Made by a program: the position numbers and the translations under genes. Below are positions 1-7,990 of a stretch of DNA of 15,700 bases, piece after piece (the stretch's first letter is position 1; each line of letters opens with the position of its first letter). This stretch comes from Candidatus Hermodarchaeota archaeon (GTDB lineage Archaea; Asgardarchaeota; Lokiarchaeia; Sigyniarchaeales; SOKP01): the NCBI GenBank assembly GCA_048885535.1, contig JBHLLO010000060.1, forward strand, positions 3,251-18,950, in the 5' to 3' direction. The notes beneath the pieces were generated by a model. That model was not told where the DNA came from, did not search any database, and saw only the letters and a list, made by a program, of their open reading frames with translations.

Positions 1-251
1 ATGGTGTTATCCCTGAGAAAATTGATCTTAACTTAGTAAAGAATTACCTATACACTAAAGGATTCCCAGAATTAGATTATATCATAAGAACCGGAATGGA
101 AGATGGAGCAAGGTTATCTGGGTTTCTTCTTTGGGATGCTTCATATGCTGAATTTAAATTTAGAGATGATTATTGGCCAGATTATACTAAAGAAATGGTT
201 ATCGAAGATTTAAAAGAATATGTTGACAGACGAAGGCGGAAAGGAGCATAA
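1..251 (+). CDS. uppS: cis-prenyltransferase / polyprenyl diphosphate synthase, C-terminal fragment (5' truncated by window; not in ORF track)
   Basis: Frame starting at nt 3 reads GVIPEKIDLNLVKNYLYTKGFPELDYIIRTGMEDGARLSGFLLWDASYAEFKFRDDYWPDYTKEMVIEDLKEYVDRRRRKGA*, with TAA at 249-251. This matches the cis-IPPS motifs D-x-I-I-R-T...R-L-S-x-F-L-L-W...Y-A-E...Y-W-P-D and the C-terminal RxG motif. Confidence 0.93.
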   Translation, partial: GVIPEKIDLNLVKNYLYTKGFPELDYIIRTGMEDGARLSGFLLWDASYAEFKFRDDYWPDYTKEMVIEDLKEYVDRRRRKGA

Positions 252-373
252 TTCCTTTTCAAAAAATTAAATTTTTTAATGGGTACTCTATGTTTTTTTT
301 ATAACGATTTAAAATGACAATTTAAAGTATCATTGTTCGCCCTTTAATCAAAATAATTATCTATTATGCTTAA

Positions 374-381
374 TTTAAATA
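374..381 (+). promoter_or_regulatory. Candidate archaeal TATA box (TTTAAATA) for the 412-5550 gene cluster
   Basis: TTTAAATA lies about 30 nt upstream of ATG 412. The AT-rich background makes this weak. Confidence 0.3.
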
Positions 382-411
382 AATAAAAAAACATAAGACA
401 TAAATTATATA

Positions 412-2307
412 ATGTCCACCCAAAACCATAATCAAGTTATCAGTATTACAGTCACTAAGTTTCCTCAGAATCTCTTAATTCCTGATGCTGATAATTTAAT
501 TTCGCTTCAGATATTAAGCCAATCTAAGAAGATTGAAACCTTTAAAATTGGTTTCGAGGGAGAAAATTTAGATGTAATTTTTGAGCCTAACGAGTTTAAT
601 AATGAAATTGAATTCAAACCAGGAGAGATTAAGGCAGTTAATTTAAAATTAAAACCGACTGGAGATGGTTATGGTAAATTAATTATTAATGCTTACTGGA
701 TGAAACTTGTCCAATATACTGTAAAAGTCCAAAAATTAAGAGAGTCAGTCTCCTCAAGTAATATTAAAAAAGTATTAGGGAGCCTGCAAGCTCTTGAGCC
801 TGATGCAGGGGATAAATTCAAAGCCAAAGACTACTTTGTTAACTCTCATAAAAATAACATAAAGAGTCTAGAAAAGGATATTAATTCTATGAAAGCTGAA
901 TATAAAGCTTATATTGAAAGCCAGTCCCAATCAGGACAAGCCATTTCTGCACTTATACCTCCAAAACCAGGAATCTCTCTTGAAAAAATTGACTCTCAAC
1001 TTGAAATCTTAGCAAAGCAATACTTGTCAATAAATGAATTTTATAAAGCTTTAGAAACGTCACTGCAACTATCTGATGAGAAAGAAAGGATTAAATTTTA
1101 TTATAATCTAATTAGGGCTTATGCCACAGTTGATTTAAACGCATGTTTAAATGTAATAAAGAGTATAGAAGACCATTTCAAAAAATTTGAAATTATTAAC
1201 AAATTGGTTTTGGATTTCGTAGATATAAATCGTGATGAAATAATCAAAATATTAAGTATTATTGAGGATCCATCAAAGAAAGAAGGTATAATAGCGAAAG
1301 TATTAGGAAATGTCATCAAAAAAGATCATCAATTAGCACTTAAATTTACGTATTTAATTGAGAATGAATTGTTAAAAGTTAAAGTGTTATTTGATGTGGC
1401 TAAAAAACTTAATGAAATTAAAAAAAAGGATGATATCTTAAAAATTATTAACCAAATTACTCAAATTTTAATTAATTCTTCCAAAATAAATTTCACTGAA
1501 AATAATTTTCAAAATGTTGTATACGACTATTTGAAGAATTCCATAACAATTTTAGCGGAATTAGACAGTCCTGAAGCTGCTGAAAAGATTATTAATATGA
1601 TACAAATTCAAAAGGTTAGAGAACATATTATAAAAGACTTATTTAATGTTATATATGAATTAGTAGATGAACTTAGGGAGAAAATTGATCCCACTCTAAT
1701 TTTTTCTCAGTTTTATTTATTGAATGTTTTTTCTTCTAAAGTTAGTGAAGAGGTTAAAGATTTTTCCCTATTAGGAGGGAATGTAAGCAGCAATCTTCTA
1801 TCAAGGGATTATAATTTTAAACTTGCTATTCTATCCTTATTTAACTATGATTTTAGTATTTTTCCAATTCTCGATAGAATTTATTCTGATTTGAAATTTA
1901 ATACACACAAATCTTTTGCATATTATGTCTTTCCATCCACTAAACAACATAATGAAAAGGAATTATCAGTCATGCAAACTACACTGCGACTATTTTTGCA
2001 GCCAAATAAAATTTCAAGTCAAATTATTTTGTTTAATTTAGACTTTATTCCTTATTTGGGAAAACCAACTATCATTCTTGCTTCCGATTCAGAGGATTTA
2101 AGTAATTTAAAATCTAGAATCCAAAAAAAACTGGGCAATAATGTGCAAGTTTTAATTGATGATTCGTTCTTTGAGGGTGGACAAACAGTCTCTAATCTGA
2201 ACAATATCTTTATGTCTCATCATTTCAAAGTAATTAATCTAATATTGTCATATGAATTTTTAAATGATTACAACTCATTTAGAAGTTTTATAGAAGCATT
2301 ATCGTAA
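412..2307 (+). CDS. Uncharacterised multidomain protein: N-terminal Ig-like beta-sandwich, central alpha-solenoid (TPR/HEAT-like), C-terminal degenerate FGase/Zn-exopeptidase-like alpha/beta domain
   Basis: 631-aa ORF with no signal peptide. Residues ~10-105 are beta-rich with an Ig-type KPGEIKAVNLKLKPTGDGYGKLII pattern. Residues ~190-420 are repeated amphipathic helix pairs. The C-terminal ILFNLDFIP..PTIILA...VLIDDSFFEGGQTV...VINLILS resembles FGase strand order. The CDS is solid; the domain calls are inference. Confidence 0.6.
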   Translation: MSTQNHNQVISITVTKFPQNLLIPDADNLISLQILSQSKKIETFKIGFEGENLDVIFEPNEFNNEIEFKPGEIKAVNLKLKPTGDGYGKLIINAYWMKLVQYTVKVQKLRESVSSSNIKKVLGSLQALEPDAGDKFKAKDYFVNSHKNNIKSLEKDINSMKAEYKAYIESQSQSGQAISALIPPKPGISLEKIDSQLEILAKQYLSINEFYKALETSLQLSDEKERIKFYYNLIRAYATVDLNACLNVIKSIEDHFKKFEIINKLVLDFVDINRDEIIKILSIIEDPSKKEGIIAKVLGNVIKKDHQLALKFTYLIENELLKVKVLFDVAKKLNEIKKKDDILKIINQITQILINSSKINFTENNFQNVVYDYLKNSITILAELDSPEAAEKIINMIQIQKVREHIIKDLFNVIYELVDELREKIDPTLIFSQFYLLNVFSSKVSEEVKDFSLLGGNVSSNLLSRDYNFKLAILSLFNYDFSIFPILDRIYSDLKFNTHKSFAYYVFPSTKQHNEKELSVMQTTLRLFLQPNKISSQIILFNLDFIPYLGKPTIILASDSEDLSNLKSRIQKKLGNNVQVLIDDSFFEGGQTVSNLNNIFMSHHFKVINLILSYEFLNDYNSFRSFIEALS

Positions 2308-2332
2308 TAACTGTAAATTTAAAGGGAATTCT

Positions 2333-4015
2333 ATGGCTAAGGATAAAAAAAAAGAAAAGAAAAAGAAGAAAGGAAAAAGTAAAGGAGGGAGTGATACCTT
2401 TGGTGCCTTTATGGGCTCTGGAAAAGCAAAAAGTAAAAAAGTATCTGGTATCACATCAGGTATATCTATTGGAAATCAGATAGATAGATCCCATGATCAG
2501 CTGTTCCTTGGGACAGATTATCGTGAGGTTTATATTCCAGAAAGAACATGGGGGGAAATCTTATGGGATATAGAGCACTGGACACCATTACCATTTACTC
2601 ATGGTATTGAAATGGAACTAATAATAGCAGATGACCAAGGAAATTACCCGCCTGGAGACGAGATGGTTTTTCGGATGAAAGAAATTGTAAAGGATGCAAT
2701 AAGAATAATGGATCAAATCCTTTATGAAGGCAGAGATGATTTCTATCCAGTCCCAGATTATATTCGCTCAAAAGTCACGGCACGTCCATATGGTCGCGAG
2801 GATTTAGAAAAAGGATATGCTATGGATATAAGATATCGATTACCGGATGGTAACGAAGTAGATATTGATACATTTGCGAGAGATGGAAATGTTACGGCAG
2901 TTACTTACATCCTAGAGTTAGTTACACCCCCTTGTGAATATGTAGAAGAATTAGCATATTGGGCTTCTACTCTCTTTTTATTAGCTAAGACAACTTTACC
3001 CAATGATCTACATATTATAGCATCAGCCATAAATCCTGCTGCACAGGAATATATGCGCGGGTTAAGCCAAGCTGATCATTCACACATTGGATCTTTCCAA
3101 TCAGATGTCGAAAAAGTTCAAGCATATTGCATGATAAGGAATTTTATTCCTCATATTATCGCACTCACTTGCAACTCGCCGATCATAAATAACAAACCAA
3201 CTGATGTTGTGAAAATTCTTAACAACAGGATCACAGCTCCGAATTGTGTACGTTCCCTAAGATTAAAATATAACACTACAATGTTAAGTAATAATGATCC
3301 CAAACATTTCATTCCATACATTACCTCATCCGATCAGGATACAATCAATTACTTTCTAGGAATAATCCAGAAAGCAAGTTTAGAAGATGGTAGATTTCAA
3401 GATGTATTTCCTTTTACTGATTGGGGAACTATTGAGGTGAGAATTAGTGATGCTCAAATATCAATTTGTAGGAGGATTGGTATGGTTATGCTTCTTCAAG
3501 CTATGTGTTATAAAGCAAGAAAATTACTCCAAAAAGGTGTTTGGGTGCCTGACGCAGGTTCAGAAACAATAGCTTTAAACCGTAAAGGAGCGATAGAACG
3601 AGGTCTGATTTCACTTTTCCGCCCTGCGCAAAATTTGACGAGAGACCATCTTGCACAATATGATCCTAAATTCGCTGAGCAATATTTAGGACCAGAAAAT
3701 CAACCTATTAGGTATATGATGCAAGCTGTCCAACGTATGTTATTTTACTTAAAAGATGAGTTGAAAGAATTAGGTTTCCTTTATTCGCCGTTTTTAAAGC
3801 CAATACTTCAATCTGTTTTTGGAAGTGTAAGTTATGCAGAACCTCCAATTACAGAAGCAGAATATCAATTATCCTTATATGATTATAAGTTGAGAAATGG
3901 GGAAAATCCAAGTATTTTGTGGGATTTAATTTATTTTACAATCCAATATTGTCAAGACCCTTTAAATAATCCATTAACTGGAGTCTTGACACTTCCTAAA
4001 GAAATGAGGGATTAA
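2333..4015 (+). CDS. Glutamate-cysteine ligase family 2 (GCS2/YbdK-like) carboxylate-amine ligase with Lys-rich N-terminal extension
   Basis: Glutamine synthetase-fold motifs in the expected order: FTHGIEMELII (ExE), ILELVTPPC, DHSHIG (HxH), IPHIIALTCNSP, RSLR, and QDVFPFTDWGTIEVRISD (compare YbdK-type DIRP...GTVEVRVMD). Confidence 0.88.
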   Translation: MAKDKKKEKKKKKGKSKGGSDTFGAFMGSGKAKSKKVSGITSGISIGNQIDRSHDQLFLGTDYREVYIPERTWGEILWDIEHWTPLPFTHGIEMELIIADDQGNYPPGDEMVFRMKEIVKDAIRIMDQILYEGRDDFYPVPDYIRSKVTARPYGREDLEKGYAMDIRYRLPDGNEVDIDTFARDGNVTAVTYILELVTPPCEYVEELAYWASTLFLLAKTTLPNDLHIIASAINPAAQEYMRGLSQADHSHIGSFQSDVEKVQAYCMIRNFIPHIIALTCNSPIINNKPTDVVKILNNRITAPNCVRSLRLKYNTTMLSNNDPKHFIPYITSSDQDTINYFLGIIQKASLEDGRFQDVFPFTDWGTIEVRISDAQISICRRIGMVMLLQAMCYKARKLLQKGVWVPDAGSETIALNRKGAIERGLISLFRPAQNLTRDHLAQYDPKFAEQYLGPENQPIRYMMQAVQRMLFYLKDELKELGFLYSPFLKPILQSVFGSVSYAEPPITEAEYQLSLYDYKLRNGENPSILWDLIYFTIQYCQDPLNNPLTGVLTLPKEMRD

Positions 4016-4017
4016 TA

Positions 4018-5550
4018 ATGCTAACTGCTACAATTGAACAAGATGGGAAAAAGCGAATAGAACAAATATTTGTAATCGATGCGCATTCTCATTTAGGTGA
4101 AGATGTGGACGGTGCAACAATGATGAATCCCTTAGCTCCAGGAACAGGAACTTTTGATTTTTGGGGCAATGTCCAAGGTCGTGTTACTTCTGACTGGGAA
4201 AAAACTGGTGAACAATCATTTAGAACAACTATGGAAGGAAGATCTACACGAATAACCTGGTCATTCACTCCATATCCGTTTACTGATAAATTATATACAG
4301 TTTTACAAAAACTAGGAAAAAGATATTCCGATTTAAAAGAGAAAGCTAAATTCTATTCATTTATAGATCAGGGAGTTGTATTTCCTTTTCAAGATGTATT
4401 CAGAGATAAGCATCCCGAAGCATTATACCGAGCGAGTAATATCAATGTATCTCGATTTACAACGCGATTTCCATTTTCCATGAAGCTGATTGGTTATGGA
4501 CGAGTAGATCCTATGGAAGGTGATAAAGCTGTAAAAGAAGTGAGTTATGCACGTGAAGTTTTAGGTTTAAGAGGTTTAAAACTACATCCTCGTTCAGAAA
4601 GATGGATTGATGATATAAAGTCAGGGAAAGCGGTTAATGTTCTTGTTGAGGCTGCTAGTCAATCGATGCCAGTGATTTTTGATACGAGAGGAAGAGGTTC
4701 AATATTAGATATCGCTGAATTAGTAAAATCAACAAGAGGGGTCATTAAACAACAATTTCCAGAGCTACTACCTCATTTTAAAGTAATTATAGCACATTTT
4801 GCGCAAGGGAATATCGGTGACCATGAAGTATATAATGCTATCGTTCAGCCAAATACGTACGGTGATTTATCAATGCTACATGGAGAGGGCGCAGGCAATT
4901 TTTTTGAAGATTTTCGGCGATGGTTTAAATCCCATAACAAATATACTGTAGATAATAAAGATTGGTCAGAATACTTACTTTACGCCTCAGATTATCCATA
5001 TTTTGGAGAAGTTCATGCTCAGAAATTAATAAAGTACATTATAAATAAACAGTTCTTTGATACTGGAGGAAGTATTCAAGATGTAAAAAACATACTTGGA
5101 TTAAATCAAATAAGATTGCTTCCAGAATATAATATCCCATTTAAAAAAGATGGAAAATCATTACCTAGTACAATTATTTCAGGGGCATCAGACCATAATT
5201 CCTATGAAATGACATTGAAAGCCCTAGCAAAATTGATTTTAGAAAATAAAATTGATATCAAATCATTTTGCATTCAATTCAAACAAACGTGGGAAAAATT
5301 TAATGATGATATATTATTAAATGTTGTTAATCTTTCCACAAAAGAAGGCTTTCCATTAATATTAACAAATCTAGTAAAGAATGAGCTTTCTCTTGTTGCT
5401 CCTTTAAATAAAGGTATGCAATGGAATAAGTTCGGCTATAAATTTTTTAATCCAAAAGATCGCTTATTTTTTGCTTCTGCATTTAAACATAATTTTTTAG
5501 CTACTAATGAGACTCAAGTGCAGAATTGTATTGCCCAAATTTTTAAATAA
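4018..5550 (+). CDS. Amidohydrolase_2-family TIM-barrel metallohydrolase with an extra ~140-aa C-terminal domain
   Basis: Motifs VIDAHSHLG (HxH), GYGRVDP, GLRGLKLHP, IIAHF, YGDLS, LLYASDYPY and ILGLN. It starts 2 nt after the ligase stop codon. Confidence 0.88.
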   Translation: MLTATIEQDGKKRIEQIFVIDAHSHLGEDVDGATMMNPLAPGTGTFDFWGNVQGRVTSDWEKTGEQSFRTTMEGRSTRITWSFTPYPFTDKLYTVLQKLGKRYSDLKEKAKFYSFIDQGVVFPFQDVFRDKHPEALYRASNINVSRFTTRFPFSMKLIGYGRVDPMEGDKAVKEVSYAREVLGLRGLKLHPRSERWIDDIKSGKAVNVLVEAASQSMPVIFDTRGRGSILDIAELVKSTRGVIKQQFPELLPHFKVIIAHFAQGNIGDHEVYNAIVQPNTYGDLSMLHGEGAGNFFEDFRRWFKSHNKYTVDNKDWSEYLLYASDYPYFGEVHAQKLIKYIINKQFFDTGGSIQDVKNILGLNQIRLLPEYNIPFKKDGKSLPSTIISGASDHNSYEMTLKALAKLILENKIDIKSFCIQFKQTWEKFNDDILLNVVNLSTKEGFPLILTNLVKNELSLVAPLNKGMQWNKFGYKFFNPKDRLFFASAFKHNFLATNETQVQNCIAQIFK

Positions 5551-5715
5551 TTTTTATCTGCTTTAATATATCATAAGTTTTTTTATTCTTCCAAAAAATC
5601 AGTTTGAATTTGATTTTGTAAAATCTTAGATTATAACAAAATTTCTATTCATTGAGTTAGATTTAAAAACATCTAAAAATAAAATAAATAGAGCATTATT
5701 GATTATGTTATAATT

Positions 5716-5756
5716 AAATGAAATTTATATAGTGTAATTATTTATTCCTGTGAGGT
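5716..5756 (+). promoter_or_regulatory. BRE/TATA (aaatgaaa-TTTATATA) and Shine-Dalgarno-like GAGGT upstream of TTG 5764
   Basis: TTTATATA at 5724-5731 is preceded by a purine-rich stretch. GAGGT at 5752-5756 lies 7 nt before the TTG start. Confidence 0.5.
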
Positions 5757-5763
5757 TTATAGT

Positions 5764-6984
5764 TTGAAGGGAATTATGATTTTGGCATTTGATGATGATT
5801 ACAAAGCATATATTGATACTCAATTTCCTTCAAATTTAGATGAATTTTTGGGGATTTCACAAGATACTCTTTCATATCTGGAAAATGAACATATGCAAAA
5901 AAAAATGGAACCAAATTATCTTGAATTAATTCTTGAAAATGAATTAAATGTAGTAAGTTTCTATACAGGATTTTCATTTCGTCATTATGTTGGGAAACCA
6001 AATTATGCAATTACTATTTTCTTATCTGATAATGACAACCCGTCTGATGATTTTGAAGGCATGATAAGACGAATAGCCCATGAGTTATTACCAAAAAGAG
6101 AAGCTCTTAATTTTGATGATATCTTTGGAAGATATTATGAAATGCTAAAGAATGAAGAATTAACACCATTTTGGGAAGAAGTCATTGAGGGAGAAACTAG
6201 TAAAGTATTTACTAAGGAGAAGGAAGAAGAATCTACTGAGAAAGAAGAAAAGGAAAGTCTTAATGATGAAATGAAGGAAGAAGAAAAAAAGATTAATGTT
6301 GATATGGAATTAATGAATCAATTTGAGGAGATTAAAGAAAAAAATCAGGAATTGGAGGATCTTCTCGAAGAAAAAACAAAAAAGATCAGGGATCTAACTA
6401 ATAAATATACTGAGTTAATGGAGGAGAAAAATACTATTAATGGAGAAGTTGAATCGTTAAAAGCCGAAGTTAGTGAGCAATATATTAAGTTAGAGGAATG
6501 GAGTCAGCAGATGGCTGATTTAAATGAAAATAATGCAAAATTACTAGAAGAAATTAAAGAGTTTAATGATAAAATTAGTCTAAAAGAGGATGAAATTCAG
6601 GTAAAGGATGAAAAGATACGAGAAATTAATCAAAAACTAGAATCAGCAAAAGGACTTGAAAAGGAAGCAGAAAAATTTCTACAAGAAAGAGATAATTTGA
6701 AAAGGATTAATTTAAGTTTGAATACCCAAATAGGAAGGTTAGATAATGAAATTAAAAAAATGAAGGAAGAAATTGAAAAGTCAAAGCATGAGAATACAGT
6801 TCATATAGATTCAATTACCAATTTAAAATTCGAAATAAAAAACCTAAAAGACAAATTTAACTTAGAAACCAAAGAAAAAGAAAATTTAAAAAACGAAATA
6901 TTTGATCTCAAAAAAGAGATTAAAGTTTTAAGAAGAGAAAGAGATCATTATCTAAAAATCGTAAAAGATAATGATTTACTCTAA
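5764..6984 (+). CDS. Longin/uDENN-like N-terminal domain + acidic linker + long coiled coil
   Basis: N-terminus GIMILAFDDDYKAYIDTQFP...NVVSFYTG...YAITIFLSDNDNP..FEGMIRRIAHELL fits the uDENN/longin beta-beta-alpha-beta-beta-beta-alpha pattern. Residues ~175-400 are E/K-rich heptads. No TM segment is visible. Confidence 0.7.
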   Translation: MKGIMILAFDDDYKAYIDTQFPSNLDEFLGISQDTLSYLENEHMQKKMEPNYLELILENELNVVSFYTGFSFRHYVGKPNYAITIFLSDNDNPSDDFEGMIRRIAHELLPKREALNFDDIFGRYYEMLKNEELTPFWEEVIEGETSKVFTKEKEEESTEKEEKESLNDEMKEEEKKINVDMELMNQFEEIKEKNQELEDLLEEKTKKIRDLTNKYTELMEEKNTINGEVESLKAEVSEQYIKLEEWSQQMADLNENNAKLLEEIKEFNDKISLKEDEIQVKDEKIREINQKLESAKGLEKEAEKFLQERDNLKRINLSLNTQIGRLDNEIKKMKEEIEKSKHENTVHIDSITNLKFEIKNLKDKFNLETKEKENLKNEIFDLKKEIKVLRRERDHYLKIVKDNDLL

Positions 6985-7031
6985 AGATTTCCAATTTCAA
7001 GAAGGAATATTAGATTCTCTATAATAAGTGC

Positions 7032-7463
7032 TTAATTTGATTCTAATATTTCCATCATTAAATCTATGATGTTTTGTAGGGTAAATAAATAAAACATCGA
7101 TCCGATAACCTTAATTTTATTCTGAACTGATGCGCTAGGAGCATCAAGTTTCCCTCTGAATAATTTCAATAAAGTTGATTCAGAAATAGTTAGTTGAACA
7201 TCTGGAGATTCAATATCGCCATGACCATAATACATCATACTATTTTCTACTTTTATCCAGAAATTAAATATTTGTTTTCCTGAAGGTGGTTTACCGTAAT
7301 TCTTAGACCATGTGATAAATTGGATTGCTTGATTCGAATTTTCCAACTCTTCAACAATATCGGGTTCACTATTTACTATTTTTACAAATAATTTCAAGTA
7401 ATTGTCAAAATTTGAAATTGTTAATTTTTTTTTTAACTGATTTAACAATTCATAATCACTCAT
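7032..7463 (-). CDS. SCP2 sterol/lipid-binding domain protein
   Basis: C-terminal PDVQLTISESTLLKLFRGKLDAPSASVQNKIKVIGSM matches the SCP2 signature PDxTLTxxxxxxxxLxxGxLxxxxAxxxGKLKxxGD, somewhat degenerate. Confidence 0.85.
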   Translation of the reverse strand: MSDYELLNQLKKKLTISNFDNYLKLFVKIVNSEPDIVEELENSNQAIQFITWSKNYGKPPSGKQIFNFWIKVENSMMYYGHGDIESPDVQLTISESTLLKLFRGKLDAPSASVQNKIKVIGSMFYLFTLQNIIDLMMEILESN

Positions 7464-7534
7464 ATTCTAGGAAAAAGAAGCTATTCTTAAAGAATTATAT
7501 ATATCTTTAAGTTTTGAAAATAAGCAAAAATTTG

Positions 7535-7990
7535 TTAATCGGGAGTGAGCTCATCCAAATCGCTCAAATCCAGTCCTGAATCTAAAGTATCGGGAATATC
7601 TGACAAGAATTCGTCTAAAATCTCCTTCAACTCGTCACCGGAGCGCTTTAAGATTAGTCTGATCAACCCAATGTTGATATCTGGGTCTGAAATTAGAGTT
7701 AGGACTCCTTTTGGGCCACAGCTTGAGGCAAATATCTTTCCTCCTGAAAACTCACTTGTAACTATTTCTAAATCTCCTAATTCAAGATTTTTTCCTTGTT
7801 CTTCCGAAGCACAGAAAACAGCACTAGCAATTGCGCCTATTCCATCAACATCAGCAGGAAAGTAGCTAAATTTTGATACACTTGCGATGGTTAAACCTGT
7901 TCTATCAACCAAAATAACTTTTTTAATCCCACTTTCTGACTTTATAATTTTGCTTAAGATGTTATCAAAACTTTTAGTGTCTAAGCTAAT
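7535..7990 (-). CDS. Roadblock/LC7 (MglB/LAMTOR-like) domain protein with acidic C-terminal tail; probable start extended to ATT at 7990
   Basis: VILVDRTGLTIAS...DGIGAIASAVF..SEEQGKNLELGDLEIVTSEFSGGKIFASSCGPKGVLTLISDPDINIGLIRLILKR is a typical Roadblock core. The frame stays open 26 codons upstream of TTG 7912 (ISLDTKSFDNILSKIIKSESGIKKVI), supplying helix 1. The exact start is uncertain. Confidence 0.9.
   Translation of the reverse strand: MSLDTKSFDNILSKIIKSESGIKKVILVDRTGLTIASVSKFSYFPADVDGIGAIASAVFCASEEQGKNLELGDLEIVTSEFSGGKIFASSCGPKGVLTLISDPDINIGLIRLILKRSGDELKEILDEFLSDIPDTLDSGLDLSDLDELTPD

Noticed and set aside
1119-1319. 66-aa minus-strand ORF
   Set aside because: Antisense shadow of the 631-aa gene with no motifs.
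2333-4015. Naming the ligase gshA or pafA
   Set aside because: Motifs support only the GCS2 family; there is no Pup-like small ORF or glutathione pathway context, and the active site deviates.
5774-6010. 78-aa minus-strand ORF
   Set aside because: Antisense to the longin-like gene with no recognisable features.
6210-6984. SMC/Rad50 or bona fide SNARE
   Set aside because: No Walker motifs or hinge, and no TM anchor; only a generic coiled coil is visible.
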